Positions 11,916 through 24,499 are shown, counted from the first letter of the stretch. The stretch: DNA of 64,000 nt from Hyaloraphidium curvatum SAG 235-1 (GCA_025558095.1 JAIVFI010000007.1:744001-808000), one strand, 5' to 3'. A program made the numbers and translations. Notes: a model not told the origin generated them from the letters alone.

Positions 11916-12546
11916 GGGCGCGAAAGACGGCGGCGCGGCCGGCGAGCGCGCCGGCGCAGGTGGGCAGGGGGCAGGGGCAGTGCGGGTCGTCCTTGTCGTG
12001 GGAGAGCAGGAAGTCCCGGCCGACGGCGCGATCGGGGTCCGCGGCTGCCTTGTCGGCTACCTCCTCGTCCACGGTGTTCGGCCGATCGCCGCTCCAGGTA
12101 GCCAATTCCGACCAGCGGACCAGCACAGCCAGCGGGTGCCCGCTCCAGTCGTCCCCCGGGGCGAACGCGGCTCGGAATGCGGGCCGCCACGTGATCAGGG
12201 CGAACTCGAGCGCGGCGCTGAGAACCACGGCGACCGAGCCAGCAATCAACTGCGTCCGCCCGTATAAGTCCTCCCCGCCCAAGAGCCACAGCGGCACGAC
12301 CATCGCGGCGCCAACAACGAGCGCTGCGGAAGTACGTCCGCCCGCCGAGTGGGCCGAGCAGCCGCTGCAGCCGCACCGTCAGCGCGAGCACCGGGCGGTG
12401 CGATAGCGCGCGGAGCAGGGATTCGGGAGGCAGCGGGCGGTGCGGTGGTGCCGGGAACCGCACCCCCGCGGCCCGGCGGCGGTTTCGCGGGAAACAGCGC
12501 GAGCCACTCGGGCTCGCTCAGAAAGAAGCTTTCTTCGGAGGCCATG
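11905..12546 (-). pseudogene. Truncated, frameshifted membrane protein of an unknown lineage-specific family
   Basis: MASEESFFLSEPEWLALFPAKPPPG start, hydrophobic segments and a DDPHCPCPLPTC motif; ends where it meets the convergent F-box pseudogene. Confidence 0.5.
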
Positions 12547-12753
12547 GAGTCCTGAAGAGCGCGATTCGGTCCGTTCCGGCGCGCCCGGTGACGTCTTCGC
12601 GGAGGAGGATTTGGCTTGCTCCCTTGCCCCCTTGTCTTGCCCCGCATCGCGGCTCCGATTGAGAGACTATGGGCGATTGACTCCGATCCATCTCCAAGAT
12701 CAATAGCATCTACAGTCTAGCCTAGGAAGGCTTTGCCTCCAAACGTGATCGCC

Positions 12754-14227
12754 TCATGGTGAGCTTCCACCCTCTTGCTCGGGAGCACCACTAGCCGAAC
12801 AAATCAAGAACTCCCAACGCCCCTCAATCCCGTTCGCAGCTTCGTCAAGCAACTCATCCAGCTCCCGGAACCGGTACTCCCAGTTCGAGTCGTGGAATCT
12901 CGGGAGCTTCAAGTGGCCCAGCATCCGCACGGCTTCCTCCGCGACGCGGCCGAGCATCGGCAGGGCCTGCTCGACCGGAATAAACTCAATATCGCGCCGC
13001 CCTTCGCTTCTCCACGTCATGTTTCTGAAGAGTACCATGCCGAGGGCAAAACGCACGATCGTTTCCCGCTCCCTGGCCAGCCACGATGCCAGGGGAATGA
13101 GCCACTCCTTGTCGCTGTGAGCGGAACGCAGGGAAGCGATGAGGAACCCGAGTGCTTCCGCACCATGGGGCTTGTACGATGCCCCGCGTTCGACTGAATC
13201 CAGAAGGAATTTGGAAGCCGCGTTGATCGGGAAGTTGTCGTGGAAGACTTTGGAAAGGTACCTTCCCGTCTCCGTGAGGTCCTGGGCGGCGCTGAGGTCG
13301 ATTGCGCGCTTCCAATGCGGCTCCAAGATGGTCGATACCAGCTTAGCGGCTTCGTCCGGTTCCAGGTAATTGATCTGGAAGAGCTCGGTGGCCAGGCCCT
13401 CCAGTACATCCAGAACCTTCCTGGCCCCGGGCCGGACGGCGGCAAACAGCGGAGCAAGTTCCTCGGGCCCGTAGTCCATGAGCGAGACGTACGAATCTTG
13501 AAGAAAGCGAGGAGCTTCTGTTCGGCGGAGCGGGGGTCCCGCCGGTCGGATTGCAGACCGGAAACAAGACGGGCGGCATTTGCTTCCCAGAGCTGCAGTC
13601 CCGTCCACTGTTCCGCCATGCACAGGGCGGCCCACCGCTGCTCGACGCGAAGCGCCACGAGCCCCAAGACTAGATCCGGAAGCTCCGCCCTGGGAAACCC
13701 AATCTTCTGGACGAAATACCCGACTTGGTAGATGCCGTCCTCGTCCGCGTTGACCAGGTGTGGCACTGTGCCAGCGTCCAGGAGGCGGCCGAGGGCGGGC
13801 GCGGGCAGCCGGAGCCCGGCGAAGACTTGGCAAGGCTTTCCCAATCCAGAGTGTCCGCATCGCTCTTGACCTCCCCATCCCAGTGCATTTCTGGCCTGCG
13901 CACGACGTGCCAGGCTAGCTCCACGAGGGTGCGGGATTCTGGGTCGGCCGCCCCGGACAACCGCACGACGCCGGCGATAGCTTCCACCGACATGAGCCCA
14001 TATCCGGCACGTTTTTCCGAGCTCAGCCGTATCTTGACCAAGGCGTCGTAGGCTTTCCGCGCGTCCCGCTCCTCCAGCAGCGCCCGCGAGACCCATGAGA
14101 GGAACGCGGTCGTCGCGACGGGGCGGAGCGCGCGGCACGCCAGGCGGAGGAAGAACGCGTCCTCGGGATCAACGAAGGTTTCGAAAATGGGGAGGAGCGT
14201 TTCTGCGGGCAGCTCGGGGAGCAGCAT
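12754..14227 (-). pseudogene. F-box protein with a helical C-terminus; two apparent frameshifts
   Basis: MLLPELPAETLLPIF...LRLACRALR F-box. Protein-like sequence continues through ORFs 13670..14227, 13017..14138 and 12754..13878 with no intron signals at the switches. Confidence 0.6.
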
Positions 14228-14632
14228 GGCGACAGCTGGCGGTCGTGCATTTTGCGGACCGATGGCCCAAGCTCCCCAGTCCCCAGGCCATGGCCAACTC
14301 CTTCACCAGGGCGCGCGGAAGTTGTTATCAGTGCACCGGAATCAGGGTATCCGAATGTCCATGTAAATGCAAATCCACACCAAAGATCTGTCAGATGTCC
14401 TCACAGACTTCTTGCCCCCAGCTTCCGGTATCACCGCCGTCAGCTCCCCCTTGTCCCGCATCGCCGCGAGCAGCTCCTCCGCCCCATCCACGTTGCGGGT
14501 GTCAGTGCTGCTAGGCAGCTTGCCGATTATTCGACGACGCGGGTGCTTCCACGACGTATTAGACCGGTTGGCGCACTGCACGTATTATAAACACCCACGG
14601 GGCACGACCGCTTGCGTGCAATCCCGCTCGAA

Positions 14633-15310
14633 ATGGCCTCCAGTCAATCTTCGGACCTTCTGCAGACGCTGCAGCGCCTGGCCGCGGAGGTCTTTTCCCG
14701 CGTTGCCGCGCTGCTCCCCGTCGACACCAACGTGTCCCTCCTAATCCTCTCGGCCATCGTAATCCTCGTATTCGCGCTCCCGGGCCTCTCCCGCGGCCTG
14801 TCGGACGCCTTTGGCGCGCTCGCCGGCTTCCGCATCGCCGCCTACCTCGCGGCCGCGTATGCCTACCTATCCTGCGGGCGGGGCGATTTGTTTGGAGCGC
14901 CGAGGGAGCTGGTTTCCGCCGGCGCCGCCGCCGTCGGAGTGCTCGCCGCCGTGGGCCACCTCGGTCATCTGCACGACGTTGGCAGGGCATTTTCGAAGGC
15001 GCTCAGGAGTGGCTCAGTATTCTACCTCGGGGCGCTGGCAGCTGGAGCCTTTGCCGCGGCGCGGTTCGGCCTGCTGGGCTTCCCCGACCCCAGGGAAGTC
15101 GGAAAGCTGATCACCGGTATCCCCGGGGCGTCGCAGCCTGCCGGAGTTCTGGACAGCCTCGTGGACAGGGTACTCGAGCTCTGGAGGGGGACCGGGCTGT
15201 CGGCGTGCAGGCCCGCCGTCTCGAAGCTGCTCGAGCGGGCCATCTACTACCTGTCGGCGGCTGCGTTCGTGTCTGGGCTCGTCGCGCGATCGGCTCCACG
15301 GAACGACTAG
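14633..15310 (+). CDS. Hypothetical multi-pass membrane protein
   Basis: Intronless 225-aa ORF with about 5 hydrophobic segments; a TATAAA-like element at about 14586. Confidence 0.55.
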   Translation: MASSQSSDLLQTLQRLAAEVFSRVAALLPVDTNVSLLILSAIVILVFALPGLSRGLSDAFGALAGFRIAAYLAAAYAYLSCGRGDLFGAPRELVSAGAAAVGVLAAVGHLGHLHDVGRAFSKALRSGSVFYLGALAAGAFAAARFGLLGFPDPREVGKLITGIPGASQPAGVLDSLVDRVLELWRGTGLSACRPAVSKLLERAIYYLSAAAFVSGLVARSAPRND

Positions 15311-15427
15311 TTGACTTGTGCGAGAGAGGATGATTGATTCAGCGCGTCAGGTTTTCCCAGGCGAATGTACAACATCTACGATTCCAACGACGTTCCCATC
15401 AGGGCTTCCATGCCCCCTGCCAAACCA

Positions 15428-18400
15428 TCACTGCTGAACGCAGTACCCGTCCCCATTGTGCACGCACGCCGGGATGACTAGCGTCGTGTTGAAAGTCCGT
15501 CCCGTTGTAGACCGCACCAGGAAGGCGTAGCTACCCCCGGCCTGCGGGAACGCCATGTTGGCCACGTAGTCAGGGAAGTTGGTGCCCCAGAGTACCATGT
15601 GCAGGAACAGGGCGGCGCTGGTGCCGTCGGCGAAGAAGACAGTGATGCCGTTCACGGTCGTGTCGTGGGCGACCACCTCGACCCACTGCATCCCCGGGCG
15701 AGTGACGGTCAGGACCGGCGTCCAGGGGGTGTTGTTGACGGTCACGAGCGCGGTGGCCGACTTTGATGCGTCGGCGGTGCTGGTCGCCCTGATGGTGCAG
15801 TTCTTTTCCGAAGCGGGCGCAGTGTACGATCCGTTTGTTGTGATGCTCCCGCAGGTGGCCTCGACCACGGACCACGTCACGTTGCGGTTCGTGCTTCCCG
15901 TGACCAGCGCGGTGAATTGCTGCGTGGCGCCTGTGTGGACCCAGATGTTGCCTTGCATCACCGACACGGCCACCAGGGTCGCCATCGACGTGTTCAAGAA
16001 TCCTTTACCGAGCGCATCCAAGAGGAAGCCAGGGTTGGAATGGCTCGCCACGTTGCCCTGGTTGATCGTCCAAATGATGATGCCGCCGTAGCCCTGGTCA
16101 CGCGAGAACTTGCCCTTGACGAGGATCGACTCCTCGTCCTCGTACGTAACGTACTTGCAACCGTGCCGTTCCGGTACAGGCAGGCTGAGGTAGGGCTGCC
16201 CCGCGGTGGCGTACCACTTGCGGTAGCGCTCGTCGTAGGCCCCGTCGGTCCCGAACAGGTCCGAGAGCATGAAGTCGTTGTCGCCGCCCTTGATCTCGAC
16301 CCCAGTCTCCGTCCCCTGGTCCGGGGCCGTGATCCCGCCCGTGTAGCAGGTGACGTAGAACGCGATGCCCATGGCCAGCTTCTCGCGCGGGATGCCCGCC
16401 GCGACGTACCGCGCCAGCGTGTCGTCGATCGACACCGGGGTGGCGGGCTTGGCGCCGTGTAGCGGGCAGTTGAACCACGAGAGCCAGCCTGACCCGGCCC
16501 ACGAGGTCGCGGGGAAGTAGGACATGACGGAGAGGCGGTCGACCATGGAGGCAATGTCGGGGAGCCGAGGGGGGACGACGTCGTAGTTGATGTTCTAGCG
16601 AAGGCAGGCGAGGTCAGCGGCGGTGGAGGTGGGAGCGGATGCGGCGCACCTGGGTGCCGATCGGCACGGTGAGAATGGCGTCGGGCATGGCGGTGCGCAG
16701 GTCGGCGACGAACGCCACGAACTGGTCGTAGTCGATCGTGTTCTCCCAGTCCAGGTCGAGCCCGTCGTACCCGTAGCTTTGCACAGCGGCCGCGAGGTTG
16801 GCCACGAACGCTGCACGGTGGTCCCGCACCGCATCCGCGATCTTGGGGCTATTGTCGTCGCCGCCGAGCATGAGGATGGCCTTCTTGCCCGCGGCATGCG
16901 CACGGTTCGCGACGTCCTTGGCCAGCACGGGCCCGTTGGTGGGATCGTAGTCGAAATCGGTGTTTAGCGTGCCGTCCGAGTTGGCCTTGACGCGACCCAT
17001 GACGATGTGGCTCATGCCGGACCACGAGATCGATTCGGGGGGCATCTTCGAGGCCTGGTAGGCGACATAGTAGCCCATGACCTGCATGCGCGGGTGTGCA
17101 AGTGAGCCGGAAGCCACGGGGAAGTCTTTGTCGCTCGAGAACCCACCCATTGCTCCCCCGGTACCACGGACCGCGTCGACACCGGCACCCTCGTCGAGCT
17201 CGTCTTCGTGCTCCCCGGCGTCACCGTCCTCGTCGCCGTCCGGGTCGCCGTCCCGCCTCCCGACACGGTCGGCAGCAGCGCGGCCCCGCAAATCCCGTCC
17301 CCGTTGTGTATGCACGCCGGGATATCCAGCGCCGTCTCGTACGTGCGCCCGTCCTTGGACCTCGCCACGAACGCGAACGTCCCGCCCGCCTGCGGAATCC
17401 CGGCGTTGGTCGCAAAAATCGGGAAATTGGTGGCCCACTGCACGAAGTGCACCCAGAGCGCCGAGCTGGTCCCGTCGGGCCAGACGAGGGTCAGCGAGGC
17501 CGTGCTGGTGTCGTGCGCGGTGACCTGCAGCCAGTTGGTGCCGAGGCGCTCGACGGTCAGCAGCGGGGTCCAGGGGGTGTTGTTGATGGTCACGTTGGCC
17601 GAGCCCGAGGCGGAGGGGTCGGCGGCGGAAGTGGCACGGACCGTGCACGCGCGTTCCGTGGCGGGCGCGGTGTACTGTCCGCCAGCGGTAATGGTCCCGC
17701 AGCCGGCCTCGATAACGGACCACGTCACGTTGTGGTTGGTGGTGCCCGTGACGAGCGCCGTGAACTGTCTGGTCTCGTTGGCCTTCATCCACAGGCCGCC
17801 CTGAATCACCGACACCGCCACGGGCGTTACCATGGAGACGTTCAGGAAGCCCTTGCCCAGCGCGTCGAAGAGGAATCCCGGGCGGGAGTGCGTCTGCACG
17901 TTGCCCTGGTTGATCGTCCAGATGATGATGCCGCCGTAGCCCTGGTCCCGCGAGAACTTGCCCTTGACGAGGATCGACTCCTCGTCCTCGTAGGTGACGT
18001 ACCTGCACCCGTGCCGCTCGGCCGTGGGCAGGCTCAGGTAGGGCTGCGAGCCGTTGTACCAACGCCGGTACCGCTCGTCGTAGACGCCGTCGGTCCCGAA
18101 AAGGTCCGAGAGCATGAAATCGTTGTCCCCCCCCTTGATCTCCACATTGACTTCGGTCTCCTGGTCCGGCGCCGTGATGCCGCCCGTGTAGCATGTGACG
18201 TAGAACGCGATGCCCATGGCCAGCTTCTCGCGCGGGATGCCCGCCGCGACGTATCGCGCCAGCGTGTCGTCGATCGACACCGGGGTGGCGGGCTTGGCGC
18301 CGTGCAGCGGGCAGTTGAACCACGAGAGCCAGCCCGAGCCAGCCCAGGAGGTCGCGGGGAAGTAGGACATGACGGATAGGCGGTCGACCATGGAGGCGAT

Positions 18401-19994
18401 GTCGGGGAGGCGAGGGGGAACGACGTCGTAGTTGATGTTCTGAGCGAAGGCAGGCGAGGTCAGCGGCGGTGGAGGTGGGAGCGGATGCGGCGCACCTGGG
18501 TGCCGATCGGCACGGTGAGAATGGCGTCGGGCATGGCGGTGCGCAGGTCGGCGACGAACGCCACGAACTGGTCGTAGTCGATCGTGTTCTCCCAGTCCAG
18601 GTCGAGCCCGTCGTACCCGTAGCTTTGCACCGCGGTCGCGAGGTTGGCCACGAACGCCGCACTGTGGTCCCGCACCGCGTCCGCGATCTTGGGGCTGTTG
18701 TCGTCGCCGCCGAGCATGAGGATGGCCTTCTTGCCCGCGGCATGCGCGCGGCTTGCGACGTCCTTGGCTAGCGCGGGGCCGCTGGTGGGGTCGTAGTCGA
18801 AATCGGTGTTTAGCGTGCCGTCCGAATTGGCCTTGACGCGGCCCATGACGATGTGGCTCATGCCGGACCACGAGATCGATTCGGGGGGCATCTTCGAGGC
18901 CTGATATGCGACGTAGTAGCCCATGACCTGCATGCGCGGTCGGTCAGGAGCGTGCTTGCTGCAGCGAATGCATCTGCGCGGCATACCCATTGCTCCGCGG
19001 CGACGGCGTGCGTCGTGGTCCGCGGCGTGTTCTTGGTCGTCGAAGCAGGGAGCGTCGCCGTGCGCGATACGGTCCCCGATGCGGCCTTGGAGGTGGTCGA
19101 GGCGGTCCGGGACGCGGTGCCCGTCGACGAGCTCGTGCGGGGTGAGAGGGTCCCGTTGGCGGTGCCCGTGCGGGACGTAGAGGAAGCCGCGGCGTCCGAG
19201 CGCGAAGCCGTGCGGGACGCAGAAGAGGTGGATGCGGCCGCGGTGTTGGACCTGGTAGCCGTCTCCGAGCGCGAAACCGTGCGGGAGGAGGAGGAAGCGG
19301 CAGCCTTGGTCGTGGACCGGGCGGCGGTACCCGTCGCGGTTCCACTGGTGAACAAAACTGTGCGGCTCGTGGAACGGGCGGGGGTCGAGGTGCCTCGGGC
19401 CTCGGTGCTCGTCGGCTTCGTGGTAGAAGGGGGGGAAGGAGTTGGCGGCGTCGTCCGCGGTGCTCTGGTCGTGGCAGGCGCGGTCCGTGAGGAGGATCCG
19501 GCCACACTGGTCGATTGGGGGGCCTTTGTCGAGGTCGCAGCAGCCACTGCGGTCCGCGAAGAGGATCCTAGGGCGGTGCTCGACTGGAGAGCGGTTGTCG
19601 GCGTCTGGGGGACCTTTGTCGATGTCTGATCGGCCTTTGTCGACGTCTGGGCGGCCCTGGTGGTCGACTGAGCGGCCTTGGCGGTCGTAGAGGCCGCCGC
19701 AGTGTGCTGCAGAGTGCTGGAAGCGGATTTTGTTGCTGTGGCGGAGGTCATCGGCAGCTTCCCCGGCGTTGTCGTCGGCGACGGCGTGGGCGACGATGCC
19801 GCGGGGCACGCGCAGCAGTCGGCGACGCGCGGCGCCGGCAGCGTGACGGTGCGGAAGACGCGGAGTGTGCGCGTCGCGGTGACCGTCGTCCGCAGCGTTA
19901 CGGTGCGCACTGGCAGCGGCAGCGGCTTGATCTGCTGCGCGGCGGTGGCGGCCAGCAGCGCCAGGAGGGCGAGGAGCAGCGCGGCGGCGCGCAT
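15428..19994 (-). CDS. Secreted tandem GH18 chitinase: signal peptide, Thr/Ser-rich stalk, then 2 x (GH18 + Ig-like + beta-rich module); 1443 aa, 5 exons
   Basis: Exons 19994-18987, 18927-18496, 18439-17147, 17081-16650 and 16594-15428 are all phase 0. DGLDLDWE (DxxDxDxE) occurs twice, with LMLGG and GGIIIWTINQ. The Ig-like segment is QFTALVTG..N.NVTWSV....G.IT..G.YTAP. Confidence 0.92.
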
Positions 19995-20644
19995 CGCGGC
20001 GGATCCCGGTGGTTTCTTGTCTCACGGTGTCATTAGGCGGTGTCGGCCGGGCGGTGCGTCAGCGGGCGGCGAACTCGGGCGGAAGAACCCCCCGTCGGCG
20101 ACTCACTCGCCGCCGCCTCCGAATCGCAGGCCCGCGTCAGGCTGAAGGGCGGAAAAGATCCTCCCAGGTGCACATCGTGCAGGGGTCGGGGATGCCGGGG
20201 TTAATCCGGCCGTCCGTGCGAGATTCAAACGCCGGGGGTGCAGGGGATCTTCCGCCGGTTTTGGCGCGCGGTCTGGGTCAGCGTCCTGGCCGGTGCGGCA
20301 ACACAGCGTCCCGTGGCGAGATACGGTGAAGTTGCCCCCGTCCAGCACCACATCCATGCTGCTTCCTCTCGAGATGGCCTCCGGAGTCAGATTCCTTCCA
20401 TTAATCGATCGACGTCGCGCCGGCTCGATCTCGATCCCACCGCCTTCTGGTGGCAAGTAGCACCGCCCGGACCGCGGCACCTGACGCATCGGACGCCCGA
20501 AACTATGTTTTCGTTGCCCGCGGAAAGATGCTGTGAGGTGCAAACGTGTCGAATTCCCTCTGCAAGTCGGCCAGCTCGTCGATACTGGTTTGCGCGCCGC
20601 GCGCCCGGTCGCTCAAGAGGCCGCGTCCTGCCGGTCCCTCGCCT

Positions 20645-21830
20645 TCAAAAGTCGGCATCGCTCCACTCGTCGTCGCTGTCCAACGTCTCGTCCCCGAACT
20701 CCGCTCGCGTCGCCCGCATCAGTTCCAGCCCGTCGATCTGGTGCCCCTCCGCATCCGAGACGGACGCCCCAAGCCCTCGAAGAACCGCACCAGGCCGAGG
20801 ACCCTTTCCGCACCTCGGGCCCTGGGGACCAGCATCGCGGCGGGGTGCCGATGCAGTTCGCCCAGCTCGACCCGCCGCGCGCCGAGCACGGCCCTGATCA
20901 CCTCGGCCTCCTGCGGCGAAACGGGACCGACCTCGAGGTGACGCACGGAAAGCTCGTCCAGGCTCGCGCGCGGGCGCGCATCGACGAGGATGGCCGCGTC
21001 GAGGGTGCCGACCTCGAGGCGTTTGACGGAAGGCAGCCGGAGGACCACGCCCACGGTCTGCTCGTCCGCATTCAGGTCGGGCTCCCCGTTCTCGAACATC
21101 AGGGCCACCGTCGACGGGACGAACGAAGGGTTCCCGGCCAGCACGCGGATCAGGCCGTGGTGTTCGCACCTGATCGAAACTATCTTGCGGAGGAACCACG
21201 GCGACCAGGTGAAGTCCTTTTCGCAGTCGTACAGCTCCAGGCGGACGATCTCGAGCGCCGGGCACGACTCGGGGCCGAACGCCTTCATGATCGGCTCCGA
21301 GAACATTCCCTCGTACCGGAGCTCGCGGAGCGCCGGGAGGCAGAATCGCAGGTCCCACCCCACCGGGACTTGCTCCATTTCGATGCTGGGGTTGAAGCAG
21401 AAGTCGAGACTTACGAGCGCCGGGAAGTTTGCTGCCGCAAACAGGTGCAGATGGGCCGTGGGCTCGAGGTACAGAGTCTCCTCGGGGGCAAAGTCGAGAC
21501 GCTTCGCGTGGCGGAAGCGGTCGTCCTTCTCCCACGTTGCCACGGCCTTCTTGATGTTGCCCCCAGTGGGATCAGAGCCGGGCAGGAAGGTGTGGTACAG
21601 CCGTGGAGCAAGCAGCTCGTACACGCCATGAGACCCAAGCGAGAACTCGAGAAGGGGCCTGGTCCCGGGCTTCAGAAACCCCGCAATGTGCGCAAGAACC
21701 TCCGGAGGAAAGCACGGAGAGCGAGGCTCGGCGACGGTGGGGGGAAGCGCGAATGCGTCATAGGTCGGGGAGGCTTGGGCAGGGCAGGCCGCAGGGCGGC
21801 TCCCCTTGCGCCTCAAAGAGACGCGCGTGA
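20645..21830 (-). pseudogene. F-box-like/LRR gene, inverted paralog of 10911..11915; frameshift near the 3' end
   Basis: PCFPPEVLAHIAGFL..LLEFSLGSHGVYELLAPRLY, WEKDDRFRHAKRLD and GPESCPALEIV are shared with the 10.9-kb copy. Confidence 0.7.
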
Positions 21831-22044
21831 GCGAATCGGAGCCACGAGGGTGTGAGCAGCGTGCGTGTGGCGTGCACCGTGCAATGCTCCGCCGGGGGCG
21901 ACCGGGTCGGGCCGGACGACCCACCAGCGGCATCGGAAGAGGTGGGTTCCACGCCAAAAGTGGTGTCAGAATCGAAAAATAGCCACTGCCCATTGTGATG
22001 GCGCGCGTGGGGTGGTCCGGGCGCTAGGGTGGAGCGGCGCGCCC

Positions 22045-22377
22045 AAAACGAAGGGACTCCCATCGCCGGAGTGTCGTTCGGGGAGGAAAGGTTGCTCTTG
22101 ATGGAAGAGGTCGCGAAGGGGGAGGACGGCAAGAACCGCAGGATTCCGCCCATCCGCCTCCCCGACAGGTGCGAACGGATGCCGAGTCACCAGTCATGCA
22201 TGTGGCTGACAAAAGGTGTTGGTGCAACTCCCACCCTAGCCTCTACGTCATCTCTGGAAAGACGAACGAGAAGTGGAGGCACGAGATCGCCAAGGAGAAG
22301 GGGAAGTCGGCGGCGAACGCCTCTCGTTCACCTTCAGGAGGATCGCGGCCAAGAACGTGGTCCGCCGCCTGGACTAA
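22045..22377 (+). pseudogene. 3' fragment of an AlkB-family gene, paralog of 9864..10774
   Basis: EGTPIAGVSFG...LPD[intron]SLYVISGKTNEKWRHEI...(frameshift)RLSFTFRR..KNVVRRLD*. The HxD motif and N-terminus are missing. Confidence 0.8.
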
Positions 22378-22488
22378 CGGGGTGGACGGGACGTGCACGC
22401 TTTAGCAAGCATGTTTTCATTGACAGCATCGTAAACCACAATGAAGCAATCATCCAACGACACGAGGCCCTCTCGGTCCGCGCTCCCA

Positions 22489-24354
22489 TCACTGGAGCTG
22501 GATCGCCGGCCTCCCGCTGACCAACCATGCCGCGAGCGCGCCCAAGGCCGGCAGCAGGATCACCGCCAGCACGTAGACCCACCAGCGCCCGTGCCCGTGG
22601 AGCAGCTTCTTCCCCTCGTTCCCCGTGAGCACGACCCTCTTGCCCATCCCGAGGGTGGCGCCCCACGAGACGAAGGCCGGCTGGCCCTGCGTCGCGAAGC
22701 TCACGTAGAGCTCGGCGAGCGCGGGCTGGCCGGGGACCCAGTGCGCGGGCTTGAGGAAGCCGCGCGCGGGGGACTCGGGGAGTTCCGCGACGGAGATGTC
22801 GCGGAGGGGGGTGACGGAGATGGGGGCCACGGTGCCTTTGGTGCCGTTCACGTCGGGCTCGCTGGTCGCGGCGTCGGGGCGGAACGTGAGGTACGGCGCC
22901 CACGGCGGGGAGGGCGCCTCGGCGGACGTCGCGATGTGGTGGCCTGCGCCAGAAGACGGGATGAGTGGTTGCCGACGAGCCGCTCGCCGAATGACCACCC
23001 ACCAGTCAGGCTCAACGACAGGTTGTGGTGCACCGCCAGCCCGCCGAACAGCACGCGGATGGCGAGCTTGGTCTCGGGGTCGACCGAGAACGGGTAGTCG
23101 ACGACCTTGATGTCGACGTGCACGGACCGCGGCGAGAGCACCACGCCCTCGGACTCCTCGATCCCGACTTCGTCGCCGATCAGCACGCGGATGCCCACGG
23201 TACGGGGGTCGCCTTCCTCGTCGAGGGTCGAGGCGGACATCTGCACGATGGTGGAGCCGTTGCCCTTGAGCACGTCGACGTCCTCGAAGATCTCGGAGCC
23301 AAGCTGGATTGCCGAGACGACCTTGTCCTTGCCGGGCGTGTAGCCGCCGGACTTGTCCGTGTCGATGAACTCGATCACCGAGTCCTACGCCAACGGGCCA
23401 GGCGTAAGCGTCATCAACTTCGAACATCAGAGCAGCAACGCACAAAGAGCAGGACGGCTCCGCCGTTGAAGTCGCCCATGTCCCCGAGCCAGTGGTGAGC
23501 CGGCCGCGTGTAGTTTGTGTGGTCCTTGAAGAAGGCCAGCAGCGCGCCCGGGATCTCGGTCTTGTTGAACCGCTTCTCGGACCGGCGGTGGGGCAGAACG
23601 AGGGCGCCGGCGATCAGGTCGCGGTGGTGCAGGTGCGTGTGGTTGCCCTCCTTCTCCTTCGCGGCGCCGGCATCCGAGGTGTTGACGCGGATGGTGCGCT
23701 CCAGGAGCTCGAAGTACCCGTAGTTCCAGCGCTCCTCGACGCCGACCTCGAGATCGCGCGAGGCAAAGTAGGCAGGATCCTCAACGGAGATGTTGGTCTT
23801 CAGGTAGTAGGGGGCGTGGAATCCGGGCAACGGGTACCTGATGAGCAATTGGGTGTCAGAGTGGGCCAAAAGCACCAGCTGGAGGCACGAACGGGTGGCC
23901 CTCCCCGGGCGGGGGCGACGGCTTGGGAGGACGCGGCTTGCGGGGCTGCGTCGGGGGAAGCGGCGGCAGTGGCTTCTTGGGCGGCTCCACCGGGTGCTTG
24001 GGAGGTTCCTCGGGCTCGCCCTGCCGTGAGAAAATGAGATCCGGCATCAGCTAATTGAATGGAATGGCGAGGAAGGAGTGGCAGGGAGACACGCACGGGG
24101 CCGTCGTGCTTCTTCTTTGCAACCGATGGCTCCGGGGCCACGATTGAATCGCGCTCGTCGTCATCATTGTAAATGCCGGCGATCTTCGCGGCCGAGAGCG
24201 GCCGCAGCGGCGCGAAGCGGCCGGCCGCCCGGGGTTCCGCAGCGCGCGCCACGGGGAGCTGCGCGACCGCGGCCGACGCGCCCGCCGGCGCGAGGGCGGC
24301 CGCGATCACCGCGCAGTACGCTGCCGCGAGGACGGCAGTGACGCGGAGGCCCAT
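22489..24354 (-). CDS. Hypothetical type I membrane protein (signal peptide, luminal domain, C-terminal TM), multi-exon
   Basis: MGLRVTAVLAAAYCAVIAAALA signal and WWVYVLAVILLPALGALAAWLV C-terminal TM; exons in ORFs 23800, 23414, 22848 and 22489 are separated by short introns. Confidence 0.65.
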
Positions 24355-24499
24355 AGTTGGGTGCTTGCGTGTCGAAACGCGTCGAGTCAACAGGACCCCG
24401 AGCCGAACGCGTGGACGAAACGCGCCGATCACATTCAGGGTCGTCGAGAGATCACGAACAAGAATCGCCCATCCGCCGCGAAGTGTAGCAAGTGATTTA

